Source of the DNA: Bacteroidota bacterium
GTDB lineage: Bacteria > Bacteroidota > Ignavibacteria > UBA10030 > UBA6906
Assembly (NCBI GenBank): GCA_030835135.1
Contig: JAUQWO010000075.1
Coordinates: forward strand, 149,330-213,329
Reading direction: 5' to 3'
Length of the DNA: 64,000 nucleotides
Each line of letters opens with the position of its first letter. Within the stretch, counting starts at the first letter, position 1. Shown here in pieces: positions 39,743 to 49,630 of the stretch. Position numbers and translations under genes: made by a program. The notes beneath the pieces were generated by a model that ran no database searches, had not been told where the DNA came from, and saw nothing but the letters and a program-made list of their open reading frames with translations.

Positions 39743-40272
39743 AACCCGGTATCGCCATTCTGTTGATCGCGGCGCTGGCCGTGTACGGATGCGAGGAGAA
39801 GGTCAAGCCCTCCGTGGATCCTGCCGCTGCGAAGGAACTGCCCTCACAGGAGAGCTGGAACAGTACCGTCGTCTTTTCTGATTCCGCGCATCTGAAGGCG
39901 GTCCTCTGGTCCGGTCACATTTCGTCCTATACCTCGCGCCAGGTGACGGAACTCTCGGACAGCGTGCACGTGGACTTCTTCAACGACCAGGAGCAGCACA
40001 CGTCGCTGCTTACCGCACGCCGCGGCATCGTGCATGACGCGACGCGCGACCTGGAGGCGTATGAGCGGGTCGTGGTGGTGTCGGACAGCGGGACGACGCT
40101 GCGCACCGAACGGCTGTTCTGGAACAACGCCACCCAGCGGATCTACACTGATGCCTTTGTCGACATCCAGTCGCCCACAGAGCATATCATGGGCCACGGG
40201 ATGGAAAGCGATCAATCCCTGAAGAACTACAGGATCTTCAAGGTCACCGGCCAGGCGATCTCCAATGAGTAG
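39739..40272 (+). CDS. lptC: LptC-like LPS export lipoprotein
   Basis: 177 aa; lipobox VYGC; position between kdsD and the lptA-like gene; beta-jellyroll-like sequence pattern (LFWNNATQRIYTDAFVDIQSP). Confidence 0.55.
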   Translation: MKPGIAILLIAALAVYGCEEKVKPSVDPAAAKELPSQESWNSTVVFSDSAHLKAVLWSGHISSYTSRQVTELSDSVHVDFFNDQEQHTSLLTARRGIVHDATRDLEAYERVVVVSDSGTTLRTERLFWNNATQRIYTDAFVDIQSPTEHIMGHGMESDQSLKNYRIFKVTGQAISNE

Positions 40273-41554
40273 ATGGCGCTGGCTCATTGCTGCCGGATTG
40301 CTGGTGACCCTCGCAGGGGCGTCGGGCTTCGCTCAGGGTGACGCGAAGCTGGTCGTTCTGCAGGGGGCCGATAGCCTGATCGGTCGGGTGATCAACGGCC
40401 AGGCGGCACGCGAGCTGATCGGGAATGTGCGCATCCTGCAGGGGAATGTCCGCATCCGGTGCGATCGTGCGCTGCAGATGATCGATGCGGGGAGCATCGA
40501 ATTGACCGGCAACGTGGTGGTGGAGGACGACAGCGTCACGCTCACGGCGCCCCGCGGCTTCTATTACCGCGACACGCGGCGGGCAGAGGCATTCGGTGCC
40601 GTGAAGCTCACGGATGGTGTCTCCACGCTGCAGGCTGCGTACGGGGAATATTTCATCGAACCGCGCCTGGCCTTCTTCCGGACCCGCGTCGTGGCCCATG
40701 ATGCCGCGTCCATCCTCAATGCGGATTCCGCCCGGTATGACCGGAACCGCCGTTACACCGAGGCGTGGGGAAGGGTGGTCCTCTTCCAGAAGGAGGATGC
40801 GATCACGATCAGCGGCGGGCAGTTCACCCACGATGCGGTCCGGCTGCACAGTACCATGACCGAGGGTCCGGTGTTGGTGCAACGCGACACGTCCGGCGGC
40901 GTGGTGGATACGCTGGTGGTCAGGAGCATGGTGATGGAATCGTTCCGCGACTCCACGCGCCGTCTCATCGCGCAGGACAGTGTGGAGATCGTGCGCCGGG
41001 ACCTTGCCGGTCGGGCCGGCACGGTGACGTTCCATACCGCGGGTGACAGCATCCGGATGCGGACCGCACCGGTGCTGTGGTACGACCGGACGCAGGTGAC
41101 CGGCGACTCCATCAACCTGTACATGCATGCGCGGATCCTCGACAGGATCCATGTGATGGGCAATGCGTTCGCGCTGTCGGAGAGCGACTCGGCTTTTGCG
41201 GGCCGGTACGATCAGCTCTCCGGGGAGACCCTGGGCATGCAGTTCGTCGACAAGCGGCTGAGCCGCATCGACGTGGATGTGCGGGCCACAAGCCTGTATT
41301 TCGTGTATGAGGATTCGGCCGCGAACGGCCTGAACAAGACCAGCGGCGACCGGATCGTGATGCGGTTCGCCGAGGGCAAGGTGCAGACGATCCATGTGCA
41401 CGGCGGCGTGGAGGGGCAGTACTCTCCCGAACCGCTCGTCCGGCGCAAGGTGGAGGAGTACCGCCTCCCGGGCTATCAACGCCTGGACAACCGTCCACGG
41501 ATGCGCGCGTCGGACCTCGGTCCTGCCCGCACGCTCCGGGATCTTCCCCAGTGA
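40265..41554 (+). CDS. OstA-like/LptA-like periplasmic LPS transport protein
   Basis: 429 aa; signal peptide; repeated V-x-L-x-G-N beta-jellyroll motifs (LIGNVRILQGNVRIRCD; IELTGNVVVEDD); sits between lptC and lptB. Confidence 0.55.
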   Translation: MSRWRWLIAAGLLVTLAGASGFAQGDAKLVVLQGADSLIGRVINGQAARELIGNVRILQGNVRIRCDRALQMIDAGSIELTGNVVVEDDSVTLTAPRGFYYRDTRRAEAFGAVKLTDGVSTLQAAYGEYFIEPRLAFFRTRVVAHDAASILNADSARYDRNRRYTEAWGRVVLFQKEDAITISGGQFTHDAVRLHSTMTEGPVLVQRDTSGGVVDTLVVRSMVMESFRDSTRRLIAQDSVEIVRRDLAGRAGTVTFHTAGDSIRMRTAPVLWYDRTQVTGDSINLYMHARILDRIHVMGNAFALSESDSAFAGRYDQLSGETLGMQFVDKRLSRIDVDVRATSLYFVYEDSAANGLNKTSGDRIVMRFAEGKVQTIHVHGGVEGQYSPEPLVRRKVEEYRLPGYQRLDNRPRMRASDLGPARTLRDLPQ

Positions 41555-41573
41555 GGATGACAGGGGTCAGCGT

Positions 41574-42332
41574 ATGAATGAGCGAACGACATCAGGGGTT
41601 GCGCGCGTGTTGCGTGCCGAAGGACTCGTGAAGCGGTACAAGAAACGCACGGTCGTGGGTGGGGTGAACGTGGATGTGAAGCAGGGCGAGGTCGTCGGGC
41701 TCCTCGGACCCAACGGCGCAGGCAAGACCACGAGCTTCTACATGATCGTCGGTATGGTGCGTCCAGATGACGGCCACGTGTATCTGGACCAGACCGAGAT
41801 CACGACACTGGCGATGTACAAGCGTGCCAGGATGGGGCTCGGCTATCTGCCCCAGGAGGCGTCCATCTTCCGCAAGATGAGCGTCGAGGAGAATATCCTG
41901 TCGGTGCTGCAGCTGATGCCCATGTCCTCCTCGGACAGGAAGCAGCGGTGCGAGCAATTGATGGCCGACTTCAACATCGCGCATCTTGCACGGAGCAAGG
42001 GGTACATGCTGTCGGGTGGTGAACGGCGGCGGACCGAGATCGCCCGGGCCCTGGCGACGGACCCCGGCTTCATCCTGCTGGATGAGCCATTCGCGGGGAT
42101 CGATCCGATCGCCGTGGAAGAGATCATGCGGATCGTGGCGACGCTGAAGACGAAGAATATCGGCGTGCTGGTGACGGACCACAACGTCCATGAGACGCTC
42201 TCGATCACCGATCGTGCGTACCTGTTGTTCGAGGGTCACATCCTGAAGGCGGGGACGGCCACGGACCTGGCCAGCGATCCCGAGGTACGGAAGCTGTACC
42301 TCGGGGAGAACTTCAAACTCGACCGGTACTGA
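41574..42332 (+). CDS. lptB: LPS export ABC transporter ATP-binding protein
   Basis: 252 aa from MNERTT; Walker A GPNGAGKTT; LSGGERRR; LLDEPFAGIDP. Confidence 0.9.
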   Translation: MNERTTSGVARVLRAEGLVKRYKKRTVVGGVNVDVKQGEVVGLLGPNGAGKTTSFYMIVGMVRPDDGHVYLDQTEITTLAMYKRARMGLGYLPQEASIFRKMSVEENILSVLQLMPMSSSDRKQRCEQLMADFNIAHLARSKGYMLSGGERRRTEIARALATDPGFILLDEPFAGIDPIAVEEIMRIVATLKTKNIGVLVTDHNVHETLSITDRAYLLFEGHILKAGTATDLASDPEVRKLYLGENFKLDRY

Positions 42333-42341
42333 TGACCCGGG

Positions 42342-42620
42342 TCATTTGGTGTCGGAGCTTCCGGCTGCCGGGGTGGATGGCGATGCGGGCGGATCCGGCT
42401 TCTTCGGTGTCGGTGTGGTCGCCGGTGACGACGACCCCTTCTTGTAGTCTGTCAGATAGAATCCCGATCCCTTGAAGATCAGGCCGGCGCCGGTGCCCAT
42501 GATGCGTGCGAGGGAATCCGTTTCGCATGCGGGGCAACGGACCAGCGGCGGATCGCTCATCGATTGCAGTTCTTCCAGCGTGTGACCGCACTTCTTGCAT
42601 TGATACTGATACGTCGGCAT
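42342..42620 (-). CDS. FmdB-family zinc-ribbon protein
   Basis: 92 aa; MPTYQYQCKKCGHTLE ... RCPACE CxxC pairs; Pro/Ser/Thr-rich C-terminal tail. Confidence 0.7.
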   Translation of the reverse strand: MPTYQYQCKKCGHTLEELQSMSDPPLVRCPACETDSLARIMGTGAGLIFKGSGFYLTDYKKGSSSPATTPTPKKPDPPASPSTPAAGSSDTK

Positions 42621-42626
42621 CTCCTC

Positions 42627-43145
42627 CTACGCTCCTTTTCTTGCATGCTTCTTCGGCCGTGTCCAGTGGAACTTTGCTTCCAGCCGGCGGCGTACGGTGG
42701 GGGGGACGAAATCCGCAACATCCCCGCCCAGACGTGCGATCTCCCGCACGATCGTTGAGTTCAGATAACTGTATTGCTCGCGCGGCACCAGGAAGATCGT
42801 CTCCAGGTCGCCCGACAATTTGCGGTTGGTGAGTGCCATCTGGAATTCGATCTCGAAATCCGAGACCGCGCGGAGGCCGCGGACCACCACCGAGGCCTTC
42901 CGCTTCCGTGCATAGTCCACGAGCAGACCGTTGAACCCTTCCACCTCGATGTTCCTGTGCCGGCGGAACACCTCCTTGATCATCGCGATCCGCTCCTCAT
43001 CCGAGAACAGCGGAGTTTTGGACGTGTTGTGCGCCACCAGCACGATGACACGGTCGAACAGCTGGGCGGCACGCTCCACCACATCGATATGCCCGTACGT
43101 GATCGGGTCGAAGGTGCCCGGGTAGACCGCCAGGATCGGTTTCAT
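42627..43145 (-). CDS. coaD: Phosphopantetheine adenylyltransferase
   Basis: 172 aa; AVYPGTFDPITYGHIDV ... typical CoaD. Confidence 0.92.
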   Translation of the reverse strand: MKPILAVYPGTFDPITYGHIDVVERAAQLFDRVIVLVAHNTSKTPLFSDEERIAMIKEVFRRHRNIEVEGFNGLLVDYARKRKASVVVRGLRAVSDFEIEFQMALTNRKLSGDLETIFLVPREQYSYLNSTIVREIARLGGDVADFVPPTVRRRLEAKFHWTRPKKHARKGA

Positions 43146-43696
43146 TGCTCCGTGCTCCGGGTGAAGAAGGTGACGATGGTACGGCCGAACGGCTTCACCG
43201 GCCCCACGGTGTAGAGCGGGGTGGAGGTGAAGGTGATGTCCTTGGCATGCTCGATCAGCATGTACCCCTCCGGTGACAACAACCCCCGGCTGAAGATCTG
43301 TTCCGGCAGGCCGGGCGTGCCCGCGTACGCATACGGCGGGTCCACGAAGATCAGATCGAACGGTCCGCGCGCCTGCTGCAGGAAGTGCTGCGCATCCATC
43401 TGCAGGATGGACGTCTGCTCTTCGCAGCCGAGCATCTCCACATTGGCTTCAAGCCAGCCGACAGCATCGGTCCCTGATTCTACGAAGGTCGCATGGGCCG
43501 CGCCGCGGCTCAGCGCCTCGATCCCCAGACTGCCGCTCCCGGCGAACAGGTCCAGGACCCTGCAGTCCTCCATCACCATCCGGTGCGTCAGCACATTGAA
43601 GATCGTCTGGCGGACGCGGTCGGTGGCCGGACGGACCGACAGGTCATCGACCGTCCGGAGGACACGGCCCTTGTAGATCCCCGTGGTCACGCGCAT
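43142..43696 (-). CDS. rsmD: 16S rRNA (guanine966-N2)-methyltransferase
   Basis: 184 aa; LDLFAGSGSLGIEALSRGA and DPPY motif; 4-bp overlap with coaD. Confidence 0.88.
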   Translation of the reverse strand: MRVTTGIYKGRVLRTVDDLSVRPATDRVRQTIFNVLTHRMVMEDCRVLDLFAGSGSLGIEALSRGAAHATFVESGTDAVGWLEANVEMLGCEEQTSILQMDAQHFLQQARGPFDLIFVDPPYAYAGTPGLPEQIFSRGLLSPEGYMLIEHAKDITFTSTPLYTVGPVKPFGRTIVTFFTRSTEQ

Positions 43697-43702
43697 CCGC
43701 GG

Positions 43703-44572
43703 TCACTCCTCCGCACGCAGTGCGGCGCCCGCGGCAGCGGCGAACCGATAGGGCGTGCGCATGAAATGCTCGACCAGCGGGAGGGTGGACGGCACCGCCA
43801 TCGTGGCGAACGGGTCGAGGGACTCGGCCTTCGCGGCGTGGCGCTTCTGCAGCGCGTCGATGACCGTGGGCCCGGCCTTGGGACCGTGAAGCATGATCCG
43901 GTCCACCGCACCAACCGTGGGCAGGACCGCAGCGATCGCATCCTCCGCGGGTGCGCCGTCCAGCGGGCGTGTGCCGTAGCGGACGGTGACGCGGCCCGAC
44001 AGCCGGGTCCACTCGATACGGTCGGCGCGCACCATCACGATCAGCGTTGCGGGAGGCGGACCGCCGGGCGACCGCTCGAGATAGATCGTCTCACCGCAGA
44101 AGATGTCGGCATCGATGCTGCTGACCTTCATCCCGGAGGCACCTGCTGCTGCCTCGAGCATGGCGATATCATCGCGGCGGAGCGAGACACTCAAAACCTC
44201 GACGCCGCTCCGGCCGGGCGGGGGAGGAAGTGCGATCGCGTCGGTGATGTACCCTTCGGACTGTTTCCCCGGCAGGATGCGGCTCAGTTCCCATCGCGCC
44301 GCCGCGGTCCACTGGGGGTGCGTGGTGCCGGCGTCGGCGGGGAACGTGTGCACGATGATCCGTGAGGTGCTCAGCGCGACGGAGATGCTCCCCGCCATGA
44401 TGCTGTTCGCACGCATGAACGTGTCGATATGTTCTGCAAGTGTCTGGTCCGTGAGCGGTGCTGTCACGGGCCATTCGCCGATGGCGCTGACGGTGATCTC
44501 GGGGCCTTCGCGGACGAATTCCACGATCTCCGCCATCGCGTCGCCGATACTCAAACCGAGGTGGTGGCTCAT
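43703..44572 (-). CDS. Hypothetical protein (possible ASKHA/PilM-like fold; weak)
   Basis: 289 aa; no confident motif; N-terminal LGLSIGDAMAEIVEF is vaguely PilM/FtsA-like; 4-bp overlap with comEA. Confidence 0.45.
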   Translation of the reverse strand: MSHHLGLSIGDAMAEIVEFVREGPEITVSAIGEWPVTAPLTDQTLAEHIDTFMRANSIMAGSISVALSTSRIIVHTFPADAGTTHPQWTAAARWELSRILPGKQSEGYITDAIALPPPPGRSGVEVLSVSLRRDDIAMLEAAAGASGMKVSSIDADIFCGETIYLERSPGGPPPATLIVMVRADRIEWTRLSGRVTVRYGTRPLDGAPAEDAIAAVLPTVGAVDRIMLHGPKAGPTVIDALQKRHAAKAESLDPFATMAVPSTLPLVEHFMRTPYRFAAAAGAALRAEE

Positions 44573-45060
44573 CGATGTTCAGTCGTAGTTTGGGTCATGG
44601 GAACTGATTCATGGTGCACGCCGGCACCGGTGACGCGAACAAAGGGACGCAATCGCTGCAGGGTTGCGGGGCCGATCCCCTTCACCCCGTCAAGTTCTTC
44701 CACGCTGGTGAACCGGCCATGCTCCCTCCGATAGGCGATGATCCGCGCAGCCATCGCGGGTCCAATGCCCGGCAGGGCGACCAATTCCGGTCCTGTGGCT
44801 TCATTGATGTTCACGGGACGCGGCGCCGCGTGCGTCCGGCCACTGTCCGCCCGTGTGCGCATCTCCGCCTGCCATGCGCGTGCCCCGCGCTCGAACGCGC
44901 TGTCCGTTGCCGCATACGGGAACAACCGCTGTCCCTGCGGCGTGCTCCGGAACATCCGTACCGCCGTCCCCGCGGTCAGTCCCGCGCAGAGGAGGCCGAC
45001 CACGATGATCTCGTTCCGTGTGAATCCCAAACGCTGCTGGAAGAGATCGCGGATACGCAT
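44569..45060 (-). CDS. comEA: ComEA-family helix-hairpin-helix DNA-binding protein
   Basis: From MRIRDLFQQ; C-terminal tandem HhH (VNINEATGPELVALPGIGPAMAARIIAYRREHGRFTSVEELDGVKGIGPATLQRL). The track N-terminal extension is unsupported. Confidence 0.8.
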   Translation of the reverse strand: MRIRDLFQQRLGFTRNEIIVVGLLCAGLTAGTAVRMFRSTPQGQRLFPYAATDSAFERGARAWQAEMRTRADSGRTHAAPRPVNINEATGPELVALPGIGPAMAARIIAYRREHGRFTSVEELDGVKGIGPATLQRLRPFVRVTGAGVHHESVPMTQTTTEHR

Positions 45061-45067
45061 GCCCGCC

Positions 45068-46237
45068 TCAGGACGACTTCTTGCCGCGTGACGAGTAGCT
45101 CTTCTCCGCGTTCGCGGACGTTGCACCATCGCCCGGACTCATATTCTCCGACCCGGCAAGTTGCTTGATCGCCGTCTTGTCCGCCGATGACAGGGACTTC
45201 GGGATCCACACGTTCACGCGGACGAACTGATCGCCCCTGCTGAAACTGTTGATGCGTGGAAGTCCCTTCTCCCGCATGCGCAGGATCGTGCCGGATTGCG
45301 TCCCGGGTTCGATCTTCAGGCGCGCACGGCCCGTGAGCGTGGGCACTTCGATGTCCGCTCCCAATGCCGCTTCCGGGAATGTCACGAGCAGGTCCAGGAT
45401 GATGTTGTCCCCTTCACGCGTGAAGAGCGGATGGGGTTCCTCCTCGATCATTACGATCAGGTCGCCCGCCGGACCGCCACGCCGCCCGACATTCCCTTCA
45501 CCCCGGAGGGGGATGTAATGGGTATCGGAGACGCCTGCGGGAATATTCACCTTGACCGTCGACTCGCCCTGGATGCGGCCGTCGCCCTTGCATGTCGTGC
45601 ATGGATCCTTGACGACCTTTCCTTCGCCTTCGCAGTTCTGGCATGTCGCGATGTTCACGAACTGGCCGAACACCGACCGCGAGACCTGACGGATCTCGCC
45701 GGCCCCGTTGCATGCGGGACAGGTGACGGTGGAATGGCCGCCACGCGCGCCGGTGCCGTGGCACGTTTCGCAGGGCTTCCATTTCTTCACCTTGATCTTC
45801 TTCTCCGTTCCGGTCGCCATCTCCTCCAGCGACAGCTTGAGGCGGATCTTCAGGTCGGAACCAGGCTGGTTCCCCGACCGCCGGCGCTGACGTGCCTGTC
45901 CGCCGCCGAACATCTCGTCGAAGATCGAGCCCCCGAATCCGCTGCTGCCGAAGATGTCTCCGAATTGCGAGAAGATGTCATTCACGTCGGTGAAGGGGCG
46001 GAAATCGGTGCCGCGCATCCCTTCATGGCCATACTGGTCGTAACGCTGACGTTTGGCCGGATCGCTCAGGACCTCGTATGCCTCCGCAGCTTCCTTGAAC
46101 TTGTCCTCCGCTTCCTTGTTCCCCGGATTGCGGTCGGGGTGGTACTGCAGGGCCATCTTGCGGTACGCCTTCTTGATCTCCTCCGGCGACGCGTTGCGTT
46201 CGACACCCAGGATCTGATAGAAATCACGCTTCGCCAT
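45068..46237 (-). CDS. dnaJ: Molecular chaperone DnaJ
   Basis: 389 aa; J-domain with HPD (YHPDRNPG); G/F region; four CxxCxGxG zinc-finger repeats. Confidence 0.95.
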   Translation of the reverse strand: MAKRDFYQILGVERNASPEEIKKAYRKMALQYHPDRNPGNKEAEDKFKEAAEAYEVLSDPAKRQRYDQYGHEGMRGTDFRPFTDVNDIFSQFGDIFGSSGFGGSIFDEMFGGGQARQRRRSGNQPGSDLKIRLKLSLEEMATGTEKKIKVKKWKPCETCHGTGARGGHSTVTCPACNGAGEIRQVSRSVFGQFVNIATCQNCEGEGKVVKDPCTTCKGDGRIQGESTVKVNIPAGVSDTHYIPLRGEGNVGRRGGPAGDLIVMIEEEPHPLFTREGDNIILDLLVTFPEAALGADIEVPTLTGRARLKIEPGTQSGTILRMREKGLPRINSFSRGDQFVRVNVWIPKSLSSADKTAIKQLAGSENMSPGDGATSANAEKSYSSRGKKSS

Positions 46238-46793
46238 GGGCGTCCTCCGGTTCCGTGGGGTGTGCCGCGACGATCACCTTCGCATGACGCAGAACCTTGT
46301 CGTGCATCACGTATCCCGGATCCACCTCCTGAACCACCGTGCCGGGCGCCACGTCCGGCCGCGGGATCTGCATGAGAGCGTCATGGAACCCGACGTCGAA
46401 GGGTTTGCCGGTGGACGGGAAGGGGACGACCCCGTGCTTCTCGAGGATCTTCAGGAATTTGGCGCGGATCATTTCGACACCCGCGAAGAATGCCTCGTGG
46501 CTCTGCTGGTCCTTGCCCGATGCGAGGGAGCGGTTCAGATCGTCCAGCACGGGGAGGAGCGACAACAAGAGCCCTTCATTGGCCGTGCGCGTGAGGGAGA
46601 GGAACTCGCCCTCCGTGCGCCGTTTGTAATTCTCGAACTCCGCTGCCTTGCGGAGCAACTGGTCGCGGAGCGTGTCAATGATCTTCGCCGATTCGTCCGG
46701 CGCGGATGCAGGCTGCGCCGGCTCCTGTGTATTCGCAGTGCGTTCCTCCGGCGTCGTGCCGGTGCCTTCCGCCATGGTATTCTCAGCCATCAA
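46224..46793 (-). CDS. grpE: Nucleotide exchange factor GrpE
   Basis: 189 aa; [18 protein letters not shown] ... typical GrpE; overlaps dnaJ and hrcA. Confidence 0.9.
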   Translation of the reverse strand: MMAENTMAEGTGTTPEERTANTQEPAQPASAPDESAKIIDTLRDQLLRKAAEFENYKRRTEGEFLSLTRTANEGLLLSLLPVLDDLNRSLASGKDQQSHEAFFAGVEMIRAKFLKILEKHGVVPFPSTGKPFDVGFHDALMQIPRPDVAPGTVVQEVDPGYVMHDKVLRHAKVIVAAHPTEPEDAHGEA

Positions 46794-47835
46794 CTTGCTT
46801 TCCGATAGAGAGCATCCTCGTGATCGCCTGAGCGACGTGATCCACGAGAGGTATCATCTTGTTATAGTGCATGCGGGTCGGTCCGATCACGCCGACGGTC
46901 CCCGTCACCTCGCCCACCGTGTAGGTGGACGTGATGATGCTGTAGGGTTTCAATTTCTCGTCGACAGTCTCGCTGCCCACCGAGACCTGGGTGCCGCTTT
47001 GCGCGTCCTCACGCTTCTGCAGGACGTGCACGATCCATTCTTCATTGTTGATCAGCTCGATCACGCCACGATAGTCGCGTGGGTTCGTGAACTCGGGCTG
47101 CTCGATGATCCCTTCCGCTCCTCCGATGTGCACCTTCTCGGGGCGGCTGGGAAGGAACAACTTATCCACGGAATCGACGAAGAGGCGGATCAATCCGGCG
47201 TCCTCGTCGGCGGCGTCCTTCACCCGCTCGATGAACGACTCGCGCAGCTGCTGCATGGTCAGTCCGCCCAGCCGCTCGTTGAGGAACCGGGAGAGACGGT
47301 CCAGGTTGTTCCGCGAGATCTCCGATCCCACTTCCATCATGATCGTGCGCACGATCCCCGATTTGATGGAGATGACCACCAGAACGCGGCTGCTGGTGAT
47401 GGGGACGAGCTCAAGGCGCTCAAAGACACCGCTGCTGAGCTCGGGGGAGGTCACGACGCAGAGTTGCCGGGAGATCTTACCGATGAGCCGGGAAGTCTCC
47501 CGGAGCATCATCTCGAGGTCCTCTGATTCATCGAGTTTCTCACGTATGGCCTGCTGCTCCCGCGGCGATACCTCTTCACGCTGCATCAGTGAGTCAAGGT
47601 AGAATCGATACCCCATGTCCGTGGGTACGCGCCCCGCCGATGTATGCGGGTGCCCGATGTACCCCAGGTACTCCAGATCGGACATGATGTTCCGGATGGT
47701 CGCGGAACTCAGTCCGATCACGTCCTCGTGACGTTTCGAGATATACCGCGACCCGATGGGGGTAGCGGTCTCGATGAAGTCGTGGACGACGTAATGGAGG
47801 ACCGTTCTCTCTCGTTCGTTGAGTCCTTCACCCAT
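46783..47835 (-). CDS. hrcA: Heat-inducible transcription repressor HrcA
   Basis: 350 aa; LNERERTVLHYVVHDFIETATPIGSRYISK winged-helix N-terminus typical of HrcA. Confidence 0.9.
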   Translation of the reverse strand: MGEGLNERERTVLHYVVHDFIETATPIGSRYISKRHEDVIGLSSATIRNIMSDLEYLGYIGHPHTSAGRVPTDMGYRFYLDSLMQREEVSPREQQAIREKLDESEDLEMMLRETSRLIGKISRQLCVVTSPELSSGVFERLELVPITSSRVLVVISIKSGIVRTIMMEVGSEISRNNLDRLSRFLNERLGGLTMQQLRESFIERVKDAADEDAGLIRLFVDSVDKLFLPSRPEKVHIGGAEGIIEQPEFTNPRDYRGVIELINNEEWIVHVLQKREDAQSGTQVSVGSETVDEKLKPYSIITSTYTVGEVTGTVGVIGPTRMHYNKMIPLVDHVAQAITRMLSIGKQVDG

Positions 47836-47880
47836 GATCTGACCGGAAACAGGCTCCTGCTATAGTAGAGTACACATGAA

Positions 47881-47909
47881 AATATACGAATTCCGGCAAA
47901 ATTAATCAA
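47881..47909 (-). promoter_or_regulatory. Candidate sigma-70-type promoter for hrcA-grpE-dnaJ (TTGATT-N17-TATATT on minus strand)
   Basis: Reverse complement reads TTGATTaattttgccggaattcgTATATT; -10 lies ~45 bp upstream of the hrcA ATG. Confidence 0.35.
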
Positions 47910-47932
47910 GAAAGCCGAAAATCGTTCACCCT

Positions 47933-47959
47933 TTAGCCATCGCATGGAATGGCTGCTAA
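47933..47959. promoter_or_regulatory. CIRCE-like inverted repeat TTAGCCATC-N9-GGCTGCTAA upstream of hrcA
   Basis: Matches CIRCE consensus TTAGCACTC-N9-GAGTGCTAA at 7/9 + 7/9 with the exact 9-nt spacer. ~98 bp upstream of hrcA, but located upstream of the candidate -35, which is atypical. Confidence 0.3.
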
Positions 47960-47960
47960 C

Positions 47961-48003
47961 GGAAAAAACAACAAAAAGGGGGCCGGTGGTTCCACCGGCC
48001 CCC
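47961..48003 (-). terminator. Rho-independent terminator for icd
   Basis: Perfect 12-bp GC stem GGGGGCCGGTGG/CCACCGGCCCCC at 47978-48003 (tight loop), followed on the minus strand by TTTTTGTTGTTTTTTCC; 13 bp after the icd stop. Confidence 0.7.
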
Positions 48004-48015
48004 ACAGCTCAAAGA

Positions 48016-49305
48016 CTACATATTCTTGACGACGGCCTTCCCGAACTCAGAGCACTTCACTTCCGTGGCTCCTTCCATCAGGCGGGCGAAGTCGTAGGTC
48101 ACGACCTTCTGAGCTATGGTCTTTTCCAGCGAATGGATGATCAGATCAGCCGCTTCACTCCAGCCCATATAGCGGAACATCATCTCGCCGCTCAGGATCA
48201 CCGAACCGGGATTCACTTTGTCCAGCCCCGCATACTTTGGTGCGGTGCCATGGGTCGCCTCGAATACGGCGTGTCCGGTCTCATAGTTGATGTTCCCACC
48301 AGGCGCGATGCCGATCCCACCAACCTGCGCGGCGAGTGCATCCGAGATATAATCACCATTCAGGTTCAGCGTGGCGATGACGTCGTATTCCGCCGGCCGG
48401 GTCAGGATCTGCTGCAGGAATGCATCGGCAATGGCATCTTTGATCAGGAGCTTGCCTGCCGGCGGCTTGCCGCCGCAATCATCCCACGAAACCGTCTGGC
48501 CGGAGAATTCGCGCTTGGCCAGGGCGTAGCCCCAGTCCCGGAATCCGCCTTCGGTGAACTTCATGATGTTGCCTTTGTGGATCAGTGTCAGCGATTGACG
48601 CTTCTGCGCGAGCGCGTACTGGATCGCCGCGCGGACAAGACGTTCGGTGCCTTCCTGAGACACCGGCTTGACACCGATGCTCGAGGTCTCCGGGAAGCGG
48701 ATCTTGGTGACTCCCATCTCACCCTGCAACCACTTCACGACCTTCTGGGCTTCGGGCGTGCCCGCCTTCCACTCGATCCCGGCGTAGATGTCCTCCGTGT
48801 TCTCGCGGAAAATGACCATGTTCACGAGCTCGGGGCGCTTGACCGGGGAGGGGACACCGGCGAAATACTGCACGGGGCGCAGGCACACGTACAGGTCGAG
48901 CAGCTGCCTGAGCGCTACGTTGATGGAGCGAATACCGCCGCCAATGGGGGTCGTGAGCGGGCCCTTGATGCCGACCAGGTATTCACGGATCGCAACGAGG
49001 GTATCGTCGTGCAGCCAGGTATTGGGGCCATACACCACATTTGCCTTCTCACCGGCAAACACTTCGAACCACTCGATCCGGCGCTTCCCACCGTATGCCT
49101 TCTGAACCGCGGCATCCAGAACGATCTGGGATGCTTTCCAGATATCCGGGCCGGTTCCGTCCCCCTCGATGAACGGGATGATCGGGTCGTCAGGGACCTG
49201 CAAGGTGCCTTTGGACATGATGATCTTGGTACCCCGGGTGGGAGGGGTGAGTTTGGCATAGGTGGGCATGATGTACTTCTCCTGTGATATGGTCTTCTGC
49301 GTCAA
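48016..49305 (-). CDS. icd: Isocitrate dehydrogenase (NADP-dependent, homodimeric type)
   Basis: 429 aa; [22 protein letters not shown] and [10 protein letters not shown] motifs typical of Icd. Confidence 0.93.
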   Translation of the reverse strand: MTQKTISQEKYIMPTYAKLTPPTRGTKIIMSKGTLQVPDDPIIPFIEGDGTGPDIWKASQIVLDAAVQKAYGGKRRIEWFEVFAGEKANVVYGPNTWLHDDTLVAIREYLVGIKGPLTTPIGGGIRSINVALRQLLDLYVCLRPVQYFAGVPSPVKRPELVNMVIFRENTEDIYAGIEWKAGTPEAQKVVKWLQGEMGVTKIRFPETSSIGVKPVSQEGTERLVRAAIQYALAQKRQSLTLIHKGNIMKFTEGGFRDWGYALAKREFSGQTVSWDDCGGKPPAGKLLIKDAIADAFLQQILTRPAEYDVIATLNLNGDYISDALAAQVGGIGIAPGGNINYETGHAVFEATHGTAPKYAGLDKVNPGSVILSGEMMFRYMGWSEAADLIIHSLEKTIAQKVVTYDFARLMEGATEVKCSEFGKAVVKNM

Positions 49306-49630
49306 GGCAGAGTACGAAAAACGCTCAGGAAAGTCAATCTGCCCTCCGGGGGTTCCTCCGGGCGTTCCGTGGTGCCCGCGCGGGGGACGTCAACCTTGAC
49401 ATTGTGGAGTGACTTTGCGTTCTTGATAAGAAATACGGCATTATTTGGGGGGTCTCCACACTCTCGATACAACGGTGCGGCTCCCCCCATCGTCCAACCG
49501 GTCTCGATCACGGTATCGATTCGCACCAGTCCGACTCCCGGACTTCTCCCGCAGCCCAGCCTGTATGCGGGCGTATCTCTTTAGCAGTCTCTGCATCTTT
49601 TGGTGACACATCATAGAAGGATGGGACCTC

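Noticed and set aside
49306-49630. Promoters or a small RNA in the 325-bp divergent intergenic region between icd and the envelope operon
   Set aside because: Only weak sigma-70-like matches (TTGACA-N17-GTTCTT, TTGCGT-N18-CATTAT; TTGACT-N17-TACTCT on the minus strand) and a GTCAA-N2-TTGAC near-palindrome. There is no convincing structure or conserved motif, so it was left unannotated.
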